NCBI GenBank assembly: GCA_051294375.1
Contig: JBJCIZ010000744.1
Location: forward strand, 438,264-502,263
DNA from: Paraspadella gotoi
Taxonomy: Eukaryota > Animalia > Chaetognatha
DNA: 64,000 bases
Direction: 5' to 3'
Made by a program: the position numbers and the translations under genes. Positions 50,764-63,578 of the stretch are shown one piece after another; position 1 is the stretch's first letter, and every line of letters begins with the position of its first letter. The notes under the pieces are model-generated. The model had not been told where the DNA came from, ran no database searches, and saw nothing but the letters and a program-made list of their open reading frames with translations.

Positions 50764-52450
50764 TTTTTAATCGGATCTGCTTATCAGCAGATCCCGACTC
50801 TATAATTCACTTTGTCGGTCCATCGGTCCGCCCCCTCAATCTTATCGGGAATACATATATCATGTCAGAATATTAATTATGCAAAAAAAAAAAACGATGT
50901 CCGTCCGTCCATCCCACCTTAGCAAAAAACTCTAATTGCTCGTGATTGGATGGATGGATTGGATTGAAATTTTATGTGTGGGTAGGGAAGTGTGTGCTTG
51001 AGCTAGATATGAAGTTTCGATGGAATCGTGCGAGTGGAAAAGCGTTTAATTTGAACGCCAATTACTAATGAGTGGATGCGACGATTGACTTGAAATTTTG
51101 CATGTGTGGGTAGAAAAGTGTGTGATTAAGCTGGAAATCAAGTTTCGATGGAATCGTCTAAGTGAAAATGAGTTTAAATGGAAAAAATAAAAAATCTGTT
51201 TCACTAATTGATTATGCTTCTTTTTATTTATATTAAATGTAAATGCAAGATTAAAATTAATTAATTCAATCAATTTATTTATTATTAATTATTTAATCAA
51301 TCAATCCAGTCAAATCGTATCCGCACATTGTCGTCGTCAAGCGTCGTGGTAAGTGACGAGAGAACAAAAAGCAAACATTTGGATCAAATTAACTTATTAA
51401 TTACCGGGCTAATGATCGTGCGAGTGGAAATAACTTTTAAAATGGAAAAAACAAAAGTCATATTTAACTAGGAAACTATGAAATTAAAGCTGGAATAAGT
51501 TTTTGATGGAATTGTAGGAGTGGAAAAGAGTTTAAAACCTAAAGACACATATCAATTTTTAAAAGTTTTTCTCTATCTCTCTCTGATTGATTGATTGACC
51601 AAATTATGCCAATTGACCAAATTATGCCGGTAAACAAAATTTTGCAGTTGAACAAATTATGTCAGTTGACCTAATTATGCCAGTTGACCAAATTACGACA
51701 ATTTACCAAATTATGCCAGTTGAACACATTTTACAAGCTGACCAAATTATACAAGTTGACCAAATTATGCCAGTTGACCAAATAATGCAGTTGATTAAAT
51801 TATCGAAGTTGATTAAATAATGCAAGTTGATCGAATTATGCAAGTTGACCAAACTTTGCTGGTTACCAAATTATGCCAGTTGATCTAATTATGCCAGTTG
51901 ATCTAATTATGCCAGTTGACCTAACTATGCTAGTTGACCTAATTATGCCAGTTTACCAAATTGTGCCAGTTGACCAAATTATGCCAATTGATTTAATTAT
52001 GCAAGTTTATTAAATTATGTAAGTTGATCAAATTATGCAAGTTAGTATTCGTACAGCTACTGATAATGATTGATAGATCAATTGATTTATAGATTTTTTA
52101 ATAGATTTATTAAGATGTCTGCTATGATTTGTTATAATCACAAATTGAGAGTCAGAAAAAAAATGATTTATCATCGGTTTAGAAATATGCCCGTAGAGTC
52201 GAAACGTCGTCGAAATGTTTTAATGTTTTAACTTGAGTAGTGCCAAAGAATTTAGAAGGAAAAGTCGTATTTAATATTTAGACTATATTTTAATATCAAA
52301 ATAAACCGGAGTTTCCTCCGGGCGAAACATAATTAGTGAGATTTCAGGAAAGAGAGATAGTGGCGAGGCGTAAAATCTTGTTCAATCGGATTAGCTTATT
52401 ACCGCTTAATTATCGTAGGCAGATCCGACATTGTTTGCTCAAACTTGTTT
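50764..52450 (+). mobile_element. Complete HINE family 1 element in the TRAF intron
   Basis: 5' T-run + TCGGATCTGC-TTATCA-GCAGATCCCGA hairpin; GTCC microsatellite ~50898-50910; ~120-bp internal repeats; 3' subTIR GCAGATCCGAC 52419-52429 + GTTTGCTCAAAC stem-loop + TTGTTT. Confidence 0.8.
51595..52043. repeat. 18-bp minisatellite (GTTGACCAAATTATGCCA)n, about 25 diverged copies, inside the HINE
   Basis: Period 18 (e.g. GTTGAC at 51665 and 51683). Three related units also occur at ~62520-62570. Confidence 0.9.
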
Positions 52451-54745
52451 ATTACAAATTTTATTTCAAAACCTCCCCTCACCTTAATTACCCCTAATTA
52501 CCCTGAACCCAATTGTTAATCTTTTAAAAAATATAAAATTAAAATTTAAAATAATTACTCAAATGATCCGAAATATTTAAAAATATGTTTTTTAATTAAT
52601 GAAAAATGAAAAAAAAATTAGGTTAATTTCTTTTTCGTGTACCGGAATTAAGGGGTTTTAGGGTTAAGGGTAGTTAAGGGTGGTTAAATTTTAATGATAG
52701 TTAGGGTTAATAGGGTTAGGGTAATTAAATAATAATTTTTTAAATTTTTTTTAAATTAAAAAAACACGACAAAACCCCGGTAGGCGAAAGTAAAATTTTG
52801 CCAACTTTTTTTTAAATTTCTTTTCTCAATTTTCGTATTAACCGATATTTTTACATAGTACTCAACATAAAAAATGTCAAAATTTTAAAATAGTTTTTTT
52901 CTGGTTTTGAAAGCATATTCGAATACCTCATAAAAAGTTGATGAAAGAAAATGTCTTAATCAAAAATTATTTTATTAAGTTAGCTAAAAATTAAAAAACT
53001 ATATTTTTTATGTTAAAATTTAATTATTATTATTATATGTTAACTATAATAGTTTTTTAGGATTTTGACCCACAACTTTCTAAAAATAGTTATATTTCCT
53101 TCTAGTTCTATCAACTTTTCGTGAGGAATTCGAATCTGCTTTGAAATATAAAAAAAAACCATTTTAAAAGTTTGACATTTTCTGTGGTGAGCACTATGTA
53201 TAAATATGGGCTAATGCGAAAATTGAAAAATAATTTCTTTTTATCGTCGCAATCGCTTAGCGTTTGCGACGATATTGCAACGCTTTTTCGCATAAGTGGC
53301 GTAGTCGTCGTCGGCGTTGTCGTCGTCGTCGGCGTTCCAAATTATAGATGGCCTTTTTTATAATTAAATTTGGGTGTATGAAGCTGAAAATTTATATACA
53401 GCTTCTCATCATCGATGTGCTTAAAATTGAGTCTGGACAGTTATTAAATAAGTTTTATCAAAACAAACAAATTTTCTCTCTCATATTTCTTTCTCTCTGT
53501 CTTTTCTCTTTTAATTACTTGTCTCTCTCCATCTCTCTTTTCCCTACCCTAGTCACTGATTCATAGATAAAGGAAAAAAAAACGATATTATTACAAATTT
53601 TATTTTCAAAACCTCCCTCTCACCTAATTACCCCTAATTACCTGAACCCCAATTGTTAATCTTTTAAAAAATATAAAATTAAAATAATCACTCAAATGAT
53701 CCGAAATATTAAAAATATGTTTTTTAATTAAGCAAAAATGAAAAAAAATTAGGTTAATTTCTTTATTTCGTGTACCGAATTAAGGGGTTTAGGCTGTTAA
53801 GGGTAGTTAAGGGTGGTTAAATTTAATGATAGATAGGCGTTAATAGGGTTAGGGTAATTAAATAATAATTTTTAAATTTTTTTTAAATAAAAAAACACGA
53901 CAAAACCCCGGTAGCGAAAGTAAAATTTGCCAACTTTTTTAATTTCTTTTTCTCAATTTTCGTATTTAACCGATATTTTACATAGTACTCAACATTTAAA
54001 AAAAATCAATAAATTTTAAAAATTAGTTTTTTTTCTGGTTTGAAAGCAATATTCGAATACCTTCATAAAAGTTGATGAAAGAAATGTACTTAATCAAAAT
54101 TATTTTATTAAGTTGCTAAAATGTAAAAAACTATATTTTTATGTTAAAATTTAATTATTATTTATTATATGTTTAACCTATAATAATTTTTTAGGATTTT
54201 GACCCACAACTTTTCTAAAAATAGTTATATTCTCCTTCTAGTGTCTACAACTTTTCGTGATCGAATTCGAATCTGCTTTGAAAATATAAAAAAAAACCAT
54301 TTTAAAGTTTGACATTTTCTTGTTGGTTGAGCACTATGTATTTAAATATGAGGCTAATGCGAAAATTGAAAAAATAATTTCTTTTATTCGTCGCAATCGC
54401 TTAGCGTTGCGAGATATTTGCAAAACGCTTTTTCGCATAAAGTGGCGATAAGTCGTTCGTCGTTCGTTGTCCGTCGTTCGTCGGCGCTTCCAAATTATAG
54501 ATGGCCTTTTTTATAATTAAATTTGGGTGTATGAAGCCTGAAAAATTATATACAGCTTTCTCACATCGATGTTGCTTAAAATTGAGTCTGGACAGTTATA
54601 AATAAGTTTATATCAAAACAAACAAATTCTCTACTCATATTTCTTTCTCTTCTGTCTTTTCTCTTTTAAATTACTTGTCTCTCTCCATCTCTCTTTTTCC
54701 CTACCCTTAGTCACTGATTCATAGATTAAAAGGAAAAAAAAACGA
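52449..54745. repeat. About 1.14 kb tandem duplication in the TRAF intron (52449-53585 / 53588-54745)
   Basis: Both units start TTATTACAAATTTTATTT and end GGAAAAAAAAACGA. The second unit differs mostly by small indels. Confidence 0.9.
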
Positions 54746-55425
54746 GTCTTGCAGCTGGCTCTGCAGAGGCTTATTCTTTTTCTCTCTTTTCTCCTTGCTG
54801 CTTCGCTGCTGACTTTTGATATTCTTTTTTTTCTGGTGCCTCTTGCCTGCCTGAAAACGATTTGGCTTCTTTCTCTCTCTCTCTCTTCTCTCTCTCTCTC
54901 CTCCCTCCCTCTAAAAAAATTATATAAATTTCCCAAATTTACATCCGAGATTTCGTGGATTTTTTCCTAAATATTCTAAATATCAATCAGAATAATATAT
55001 TTTTTTAAATATATATTACTTTATTATTTTATTTACTTTACTTCATTTTATTTCACTTTAATCTTACTTCACTTCGTCAATCTGATTCAATGTTTCAATT
55101 TGTCTTTTTGTCTGGGAATGTNNNNNNNNNNNNNNNNNNNNNNNNNAATGTTGACAGTGTTCAGAGAGGTCGCATTCGATCAAACTGCTCGAAAAGTAAA
55201 AGTAAAACAAAAGTACCTTCAATAATGTTTTTCCAGACTTTGCACTTGCTAAAAATTAAACTCGAAAATAAGTTATTTTACTGTTTTATATTTATTATTT
55301 TTTATTTTATTTTTATTTATTTTTTTATTTTATTTTTATTTTCTTCATTTTTCTCAAAATTTGTCTTCAATCCAGATTTTTCTTATGCGATTGCGACGAT
55401 CCTTATGCTTTTAAGATTTTTTTTT
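54383..55425 (+). mobile_element. Second HINE-like family (cleaner 5' end at 53239-53340)
   Basis: 5' T-run + ATCGTCGCAATCGC...TTGCGACGAT hairpin and (GTC)n; matching 3' subTIR GCGATTGCGACGAT at ~55387-55400 followed by CTTA..TAAG and a T-run. Confidence 0.6.
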
Positions 55426-55530
55426 ATTTAAAAATATTCACCGGTACAAAGCCTGTTCATGATCCACCATTCGAATTTTGATTCTACTTGATTTTAATAT
55501 TTTTTCTCCGCTTTAATATAATCCCTTCAG

Positions 55531-56729
55531 GTGATTCTCCTAACTCCGTCACCACAGCCCCCTGTCCGTCCTGCCAAGCCGAAGGACTCGAGACGCGACT
55601 CGCCACCCAATACGTTCACCCAGACAAATACATCGCCAAACACATCTCCAAGCTTATGGCGAGATGCGTCCGACCCGGCTGCCAATGGAGAGGGACTTTC
55701 GAAGAGTTTGCCCGGCGGCACGAGTCGGAATGTCGGTCGAGCGCCACGAAGAGCGACGAGGAGTTTCAGAGAAAAAGGGGGTCGTTGGACCCCGGAGCCT
55801 TCAGCGCCGCGTCCAAGAAGAAAGAAATCAATTCATGGCTTAATTCGTCGAGTTTTGATCAAATTTATATAAATGATAAAGACGTAAAGAGGAAAGATGG
55901 AAAGAAGAAATTATTTGTGGACATTGATACGAAATCGGAGAATGAGAGAGAGGAAGAAGACGATGACGATCGAGCGACGGAGAAAAAGATGATAACAAAA
56001 ATCAAATATATTGAAGAACAGTTAGCTTTTTTAAAACGAAAAACGGACGGCGTAGAACCGATAATAAGCACGCTGACCAATACGCTCAACCAATTAGTCC
56101 TTCAAGTGCAGACCACCTTTCAAGAGAATCGGAGAATGAGGGAAGATATGGAAACGTTGACGAGCCGTTTGACGGAGACGCAATCCCAAGGCCTTCGGCG
56201 CGACGCGGAAATCTTCCATCTCAAGTCAAAACTGACGTCGTCGCAGCCCTTCAGCCAAAACGGGGTCCTGTTGTGGAGGATCGACGCTTTCGAAGAAAGA
56301 ATGATAGAGGCGGCGAACGGCACGAGAATTTTTCTTCTCTCGCCCATGTTCATGTCGTCTCCTTGCGGCTACGCCATGCAGGCCAAGATGTACCCACGTG
56401 GCGATGGGCTGGGGAAGAACAAGTACATCTCCATCTTCTTCATCATTCTCAAGTCGCCCCACGACAACGTCCTCAAATGGCCCTTCAAGCAAAAGGTCAA
56501 GTTTATGATCATGGATCAGAGCGGACGCGGGGAACACGTCGTGGACGCCTTCCGCCCGGACACCAGCTCCTCGTCCTTTCTGCAGCCGAGGGAGGGGGCG
56601 AACACCCCCACTGGGTGTCCGCTCTTCATGCCCATCGAACTGCTGGAGACCCGAAAAAATGCGTACGTCAAGGATGGAGCTTTGTTCGTCAAGGTTTCCA
56701 TCGATCTCAAAGGGCTCGAGGATTTTTGA
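55531..56729 (+). CDS. TRAF2/3-like protein, coding exon 2: RING end, one TRAF zinc finger, coiled coil, MATH/TRAF-C domain (470 aa spliced)
   Basis: CCCTTCAG|GT acceptor, phase 1. CPSC completes the RING; CVRPGCQWRG...HESEC; GVLLWRI...GDGLGK..ISIFF..WPFKQKV..DAFRPDTSSSSF..GCPLF..YVKD; TGA 56727-56729. Confidence 0.95.
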
Positions 56730-59084
56730 GATGTTTTCAAGTCAACCCCAATTTTAAGATACAATTAAAAACGCCTTTTGGTTTAGATGATAATATACTA
56801 GCTGGTATCCTATTCCCTCATCAATCATTATTTACCTTTTATAAAAATTATCATAATGATAATGAGTCATATATCCGTCATTCATTCTGTCTCAATCATG
56901 CACTTTATCAACCGTTTATTATCTGGTTCAATCCCGGTCTTCCGCGGGTCCCCCGCTTAATTGGCAAAGCGAGACGGTACAAGTATAATCGCGCCACTGA
57001 AGGTCCGAAGCCCACGCAGATGAGTTACCCGAGTCCCGGATATCGTCGCCGTTGTCACGAATTAATCATTTCTGTACTTTCTTACGTTTTCTATCATTTA
57101 TTCAAGCATTTGTCTCAATCAAATATTTTTTTTTGCTCCCCCCCCCCCATCTAATCCAATAAGCAATACTTTGAATTTTGGAGTTGGGGTTGGCTCGGAT
57201 CAGTTTTTCAAAAGTTTTCGTCCGGCCTGGCGAAAAACCAACGCTTGCAAAATCAGTCACTAATTTAAAAGTATAAAATCCGTCATTGACATAGTGACTC
57301 TCTCCGCTATCATCACAATCTCTAAGCAACCAGATATTTTAATTGCTTCGTCTATGCACTAAGAATTGAATAGGATCCGATTCAAAGTAGAGCCAAACTT
57401 CGTCAATGGGGTGGGTCAGAAGTTTGATTTGGAACCTTTCCAAATGAAACTTCATACATTTCTGAGAAAGCTTTCAATGGAGCAAAATTTTATAAAATGG
57501 CAAGAAGCATTAGTAATTAATTTTTTAATATTTATTTATAGATAGGAAATGTCAAAAAATTTTTTGGAATTTTTTTATTTTTAAAAGCAGATTCAAATAG
57601 CTTTATGAAAAGTTATCTAGCACAAAGTATAATTCTTTTTTCAATATTTTGATGATAAGTGGGTTTAAATTAAGAAAAACCTTAAAAAAATCATCATCAT
57701 CTCCGATGATTTTAGCAGTTTTTACTAATTTTTAATAATAAAACATCAAAATTTTAAAAAGTTGTAATTATATTTTTGCTTAACTTTTTAAGGCTCTATT
57801 CAGAATCAATTAAAAAAACTTAAAATATCCCAAAAAAATTTTTGACATTATATAGCAATATAATAATATTAATTAGCGATTACTCTCATGGTTCGGAACA
57901 TTTTTGCAAAAAAATATTTTAACACAATAATTAATACCAATAATGGATTAGTTTAATGCTTTCCCATTAAAATTTGAATTTGGTCGGCTACCCGCTATTC
58001 AAAGCATGTCAACAAATAAATTCCTTTTTTTCTCTCTTTTACTGGTTTAAAATTTCACTTTTAGTCTTTAGTACTTTCCGCGAATGTAATTTCTATTCTG
58101 TTATTTTTGCTCCGAGGTTTTTGACGGAATTTTTTTTATATTTTTATAAACATTCAGTAAATGCGAGCAAGAGGTCTTTTTTAAAAGTTATTCGAAAAAA
58201 AAGTTTAAAAAATAAGTTACAATTTAAAAATTATATTTATTATAAGATGAATTGCTTGTACAAATTTAATTTTAAGAAAATGATTATGAAAGACCTAGTA
58301 AACACCTATAGTTTAGGCTATACAGGTTGCAAGGCCTGAAACTGGATGAACACGTAATTAAGGTATAAAAAGGCTAACACAGCGAGCTTCTACGAGCAGA
58401 AAAACGCTAATAGTAGTCCCAAAAGTTGGAAATATAAAGACAACGAGTTTCATAAAAAACGTTCGCACACGATTAATCAGACGTATAAATAAATAATTTT
58501 CGTATAAAAATATTTAATTTAATGCATCGAACTGAAGATCCCGAGATCGAAATACGTCAATTTCGTATCTTTTATGTTAAGACCGGTCAAAAGAAACAAA
58601 AGATACTAGCGAAACTGGCTGATCATTTGCGAATTTTTCATAAAGAACATCTTTTGCCTGTGAAATCTGACGATGAGTTTAGTTTTTTTAATATATACGG
58701 TTATTACTTAAATGATATTTTCTTTGTTTTATTAATAATTTCGATAATTCTTATAATTTTATGAGTTTTTAGTAGCTGCATGTTGTAATTTTTAATAGTT
58801 TTTTCTGTTTTTTATAGGAAAACAGTTTAGAAAATTAATCGCTATTTTTGTTTGCTTTACTGAAAATTTCAAGCCTGAAACATATTTTTGAGAAAAATTA
58901 ATATAAAATCCGATCTTATATAGTCAAAATGATAAATAAAATAAATATAATATTAATATTTATTAAAATATGAATTTATACTTTTTTTAACAACTAAAGT
59001 TTATACATATACATAAAGGCTTTAAACGGATATGAATTTGATTACAATTTTATCCCTTCTTCTAAACTATTATTATATTATTAT

Positions 59085-59735
59085 ATATATATAATATGAA
59101 TAATTGGTACAACCAATATAAAATTATCCATTCATTTAATAAATAAGCTATCTGCCCCTGACTTTGGACAGGCTTTGGTGGTTTAAGGCCTCCATCAACT
59201 CTTACAAGATAATGACATAGCAGGTCCTGCAAGCTTTCAATCAAGACTCTCTCACAGTCTCGTTTTATTCCTCCAGAGTACTGGCTTCCCCTATCAATGA
59301 AGTGAAAAAATATTTCAACAGAATGTTTCATTGTATGAAAAGACACTCCCTTAAGTATTAGATCGGGGAATACTTATTGTACTCCGCACTTAGCATCAAA
59401 AATACAGGAGCTGAATTTTATGAAATTGGATACACACCAATATAAAACATTATCCATTCAATAATATATATATATATATATTATAATTTGAAATATTATA
59501 CCACTTCATTGATAAGGGAAGTCAGAGTACTCTGGGAGTGAATAAACGGACTGTTTGAGAGAGTCTTGATTTAAACTTGTAGGGACCTGCTTATGTCATT
59601 ATCTTGTAAGAGTGAAATGGACGGCTCTTAAACACCAAGCCTGTCCAAAGTGCAGTGGGCAAGATAGCCCTTATATTTATTAAATGAATGGATAATTTTT
59701 TATATGGATTGTACAATTTCATATATTATTATATA
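59085..59735. mobile_element. Foldback element: two inverted copies of a ~230-bp dispersed repeat (59085-59318 / 59488-59735)
   Basis: CTGACTTTGGACAGGCT...CTCTTACAAGATAATGACATA...TCAAGACTCTCTCA...TATCAATGAAGTG and its reverse complement. Single relatives at ~5085-5205, ~13458-13620 and ~21315-21482. Confidence 0.75.
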
Positions 59736-61403
59736 AATATTATTAATATATAAAACAAAGGCAATTCTTTAAAATCTTGGTAAGTTTCCCTCCAGTATTA
59801 ACAAATTAATAGAAACAGTTTATATATAAAATGGCAAAAAAAATAAGTTTCCGGTTCATGTTGCCTCAAATACAAAAATGATCCAATTCGCCAATTGTAT
59901 ATTACTATTCAAATTTAGTAATGTTTATTAGACTGTATTTTAATAATTCTTACCGATCATTCAACATAAATACCTTAAATCATTGATTCCTGATACTACT
60001 GAATGGATCCTTTTCACTTATCTATATGTTATTACCTGAGAAATTTTATCGAATGATTGACTTTTAGCTTCAAGTTTTTAAGCTTTTAACATTTAGATTT
60101 TTTTAATTTTTTGTTTTAAGAGAAAAATATTTTTCAAAAATTATTATGATTATCAAAGTTTATGTAAAAATCTGTTATTATGCAGTATAATGGAGTAAGA
60201 TTAGAAACTAATCACTAAAATTGCCTGATTTCGATGCTTATGCTCTAAAAAATGGTAAAAATTTCCCCTGTTTTAAAAGAAAAAAAAAAATAATTATAAT
60301 TAGAAATACTTATTATTTTAATATTATTATTAATATTGTTTATATTTTTGATATTAATATTTATTTATAATTTTTACTTAATATTTTCTTTTATTGGTTA
60401 TTTTTTAATCTTAGTTATCAAGTTTTCTCATATTTAGCCTTTTATTAAGCACATATAATGGTAAATTAAACGATCGATTATTAAATTTATAAAAAAGGTT
60501 ATTTTTATGTAATAAGGATTTTAAAAAGCAAAATAATTAATTTTATATTTTAAGCAAAAATCTGTTCGAATTCTGCATTTTTGTTAGAAAAAGCAATTCC
60601 AAGCTCTCGTTTAAATACTATTTTACTATTTATATTAGTAAATAAGAATAACTGAAAAATAATTTAATATTTATAAAATATAATATTTCTAAAAACTTTA
60701 ATATTTAATTATTTATAATATTACAATAATAAAACGTTTAAAATAACGCGAATAAAAGAGCGTCATCGTTATCTGACAAATTCGATCTTAAGCTAATTTT
60801 GCATAATTTAAGGAGCCAGATAAAAATCGACCGGGATCTCTCATGTTGAAAAATTTTAATCGAAATCAAAAGGTATTTTAAAAATTAAGTATATATATGT
60901 GTGATCACTTTGTGTAAACGTTTTAATCCGAATCCATCTTGATACACCCTACTAATAGAAAGAAGTGATGAATTGAAAAACAATTTACGAAAGGTTTTGA
61001 TTAACGCGAAATTTGAAAATCCAGTAGCAAGATGAAATTATATCAACGAATAACAAATCATTTGGATAATATGTACAAGTTTTATTCAAATTTCTATAGT
61101 TTCTGTACATACTATATATACATGAATCAATTTGAAGTTAAAATGTACAATTTTTATTTTGTATTGTGATTGTCTAGTTGTGTTTCTTTGATTTTTATTT
61201 ATTTTCCATTTATGTTCGATGCGACTTTTGAATTGTCCACCACCTTCGATACCTCACATATTCATCTTAAATAACTGAACTTCAATTTTCTATTACTATA
61301 TTTTTTAAATAAATCTATCGAAAAAAATGGTTTTTGTGTTCTAAACAGGTAAAAAAAAGCTGTGAAAGAAAAGGGTTGGCCAACTTTATCTAATCAACGT
61401 GAC

Positions 61404-62567
61404 TTTTTAGTCGGATCTGCTTATCAGCAGATCCCGACTCTATAACTCACTTTTTCGGTCCGTCGGTCCCCCCCTCAATAATTGTCGGGCACACACTTAT
61501 ATCATGTCAGAACATCGAATTATGAATAAATTAATGCAAAAAAAAAATGATGTCCGTCCGTCCGTCTGTCTGTCCGTCCGTCCGCCGTCCGTCGTCCGTC
61601 CCACCTTAGCAAAAAACACCAATTACTCGTGATTGGATGGATGGATTTTAATGAAATTTTGTGTGAGGATAGTAAAGTGGTGTGAAATTGAGCTGGATAT
61701 GAAAGTTTCGATGGAATCGTCCGAGTGGAAAATGAGTTTAAATGGAAAAAACAAAAATATATTCACTATTTGAACACCATTGCTCATGAGGTGGATGGGC
61801 TGGGATTGACCTGGAATTTTTGTAATGTGGGTTAGGAAAGTGTGTTGATTGAACAGGAAATCAAGTTTCCGATGGAAAATAGTTTGAGTGGAATGAGTTT
61901 TTAATGGAAAAAAACAAAAAAACCTGTTTTACTAATTGATTATGCTTCTTTTTTATATTAAGATGTATTATGCAAGGATGTATTAAATAAATCAAATAAT
62001 TAATCAGTTTTAATTAATCAATTAAGTAAATAAATTAATCAATAATTAATTTAATTAGTATCAATCCGTCATCCGTGCCAATCTTAGCAAAAAGCTCCAA
62101 TAACTCGTGATTGGCTGGTTGGATTGGAAAGTTTTGTGTGTGAGTAGGAAAGTGTGTGATAAAGCTGGATATAAAGTTTCGATGGAATCGGTGTGAGTGG
62201 AATTAGTTTAAATGGAAAAACATAAGTCGAATTTACTAAAATCTTTTTACTTATTTTAACCAATAAATACTTCTAATTAATCAATAATTTGGATGGAATA
62301 GATTGAGTTGAAATTTTGTGTGTGGGTAGGAAAATGTGTGCGAAGGTCTTGATATAAAGTTTCAGTGGAAACGTAACCAGTGGAAATGAGTTTAAAATGA
62401 AAAAAAATATGAAGTCACATTACTTGAATCTTTTTATTTTATTTTAACCCATGATAGAAAATTTTTGTGCAGCCGGTAGGAAAGTGAAGTGAAGAAGCTC
62501 GGTAAAAAGTTTTGACGGAATGCAAGTTGAAAAAAATTATGCAAGTTGAAAAAATGATGCAAGTTAA
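61404..62567 (+). mobile_element. HINE family 1 element, 5' end intact, several internal repeats, 3' end not seen
   Basis: TTTTTAGTCGGATCTGCTTATCAGCAGATCCCGACTC at 61404; long GTCY microsatellite 61552-61600; about five internal units containing AAGTTTCGATGGAATCG-like sequence. Confidence 0.78.
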
Positions 62568-63300
62568 AAAAATCTTAAAGCATAAGGCATCGTCGCTATT
62601 GCATAAAAAGAGAGAGAAGAGAAGAGACAAGAGAGCGTGAAGAGAGAGAGAGTGAGAGAGAAAGAGAGGAGTGAGAGAGGAGAGAGAGAGAAAGGAGACA
62701 TAAAATAAAAAAATCTTAAAAAGAGCTCAAATCGAGCCAGAGAGCCCACTATCATAGAAAATCTAACTGAAAAAACCCGGGAAAAAAAACGAATGAATCA
62801 TGCGAATAACGAATTATGATGTAATAGTAATTGATTAAGGGTAACTATAATTGATGATCGTAATAAGTAATTTATTGATGTAATCAGGAAATGATTATTC
62901 GATCTCGATGATAATCAATTATTGAATGCGATGAATAGTCATTCCTGATGCGATGAATTGTCATTCATTGATAGCGATGATAGTCCAATAAAACAAAAAA
63001 TGCGTGAATCGAGCTGAAAGAGAGAGAAGAGAGACGAGAGAGAGAGAGAGAGAAAGAGAGACGAGAGAGAAAGAAAGAGATAAATCACGAAAATCTCGGA
63101 TGGAAAATATGGGATTTTTTTTTGTATTGAAAAAAAAGCGCGGAATAAATGGTAATAATAAAAAAATTTTAGAAGAAAAAAATAATCAAAATTTTCTCAA
63201 AAAAACAAACGATCACGCAGAGATCGGCAGAGAGGGACATGACACATCACAGAGAGCAAAAAGAGAGAGAGAGACAGCCCCTGCAGAGAAAAAAGAGAGA
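62568..63300 (-). mobile_element. HINE-like family 2 copy, reverse orientation (3' end at left)
   Basis: AAAAAATCTTAAAGCATAAGGCATCGTCGCTATTGCATAA is the near reverse complement of 55383-55422; 63082-63120 matches 54930-54965 in reverse. Right boundary uncertain. Confidence 0.55.
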
Positions 63301-63382
63301 GAGAAAGAGCGAATATATAATAATTAAAGAGAGAGAGAGAGAGAACTCTACAGCCCCTTTACTCGTTAAAGAAATCAAGCAA

Positions 63383-63471
63383 GTACCCATGGCGCTGACG
63401 TAGCGTGGAGCTTTTCCTCTACCCAAGGACCCTCCCGGGTTTCGCACCCTGTTCGCCGGGCATCGTTTTTT
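63383..63471 (+). other. Possible tRNA-derived SINE head or tRNA pseudogene
   Basis: A-box-like TGGCGCTGACGTAGCG, B-box-like GGGTTTCGCACCC, then a T7 run. No clean cloverleaf. Confidence 0.3.
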
Positions 63472-63521
63472 AGCATTAAAGTGAAGCCAACATTATATCT
63501 AAATTTTTTTGTAAAAGAAAA

Positions 63522-63578
<57 letters not shown>

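Noticed and set aside
52650-52725. TTAGGG-like runs as interstitial telomere (also ~22570-22645)
   Set aside because: Only isolated degenerate units within a dispersed AT-rich repeat; no tandem array.
56273-57154. 293-aa alternative-frame ORF overlapping the TRAF MATH domain
   Set aside because: Off-frame read of GC-rich codons running into the 3' flank; no motifs.
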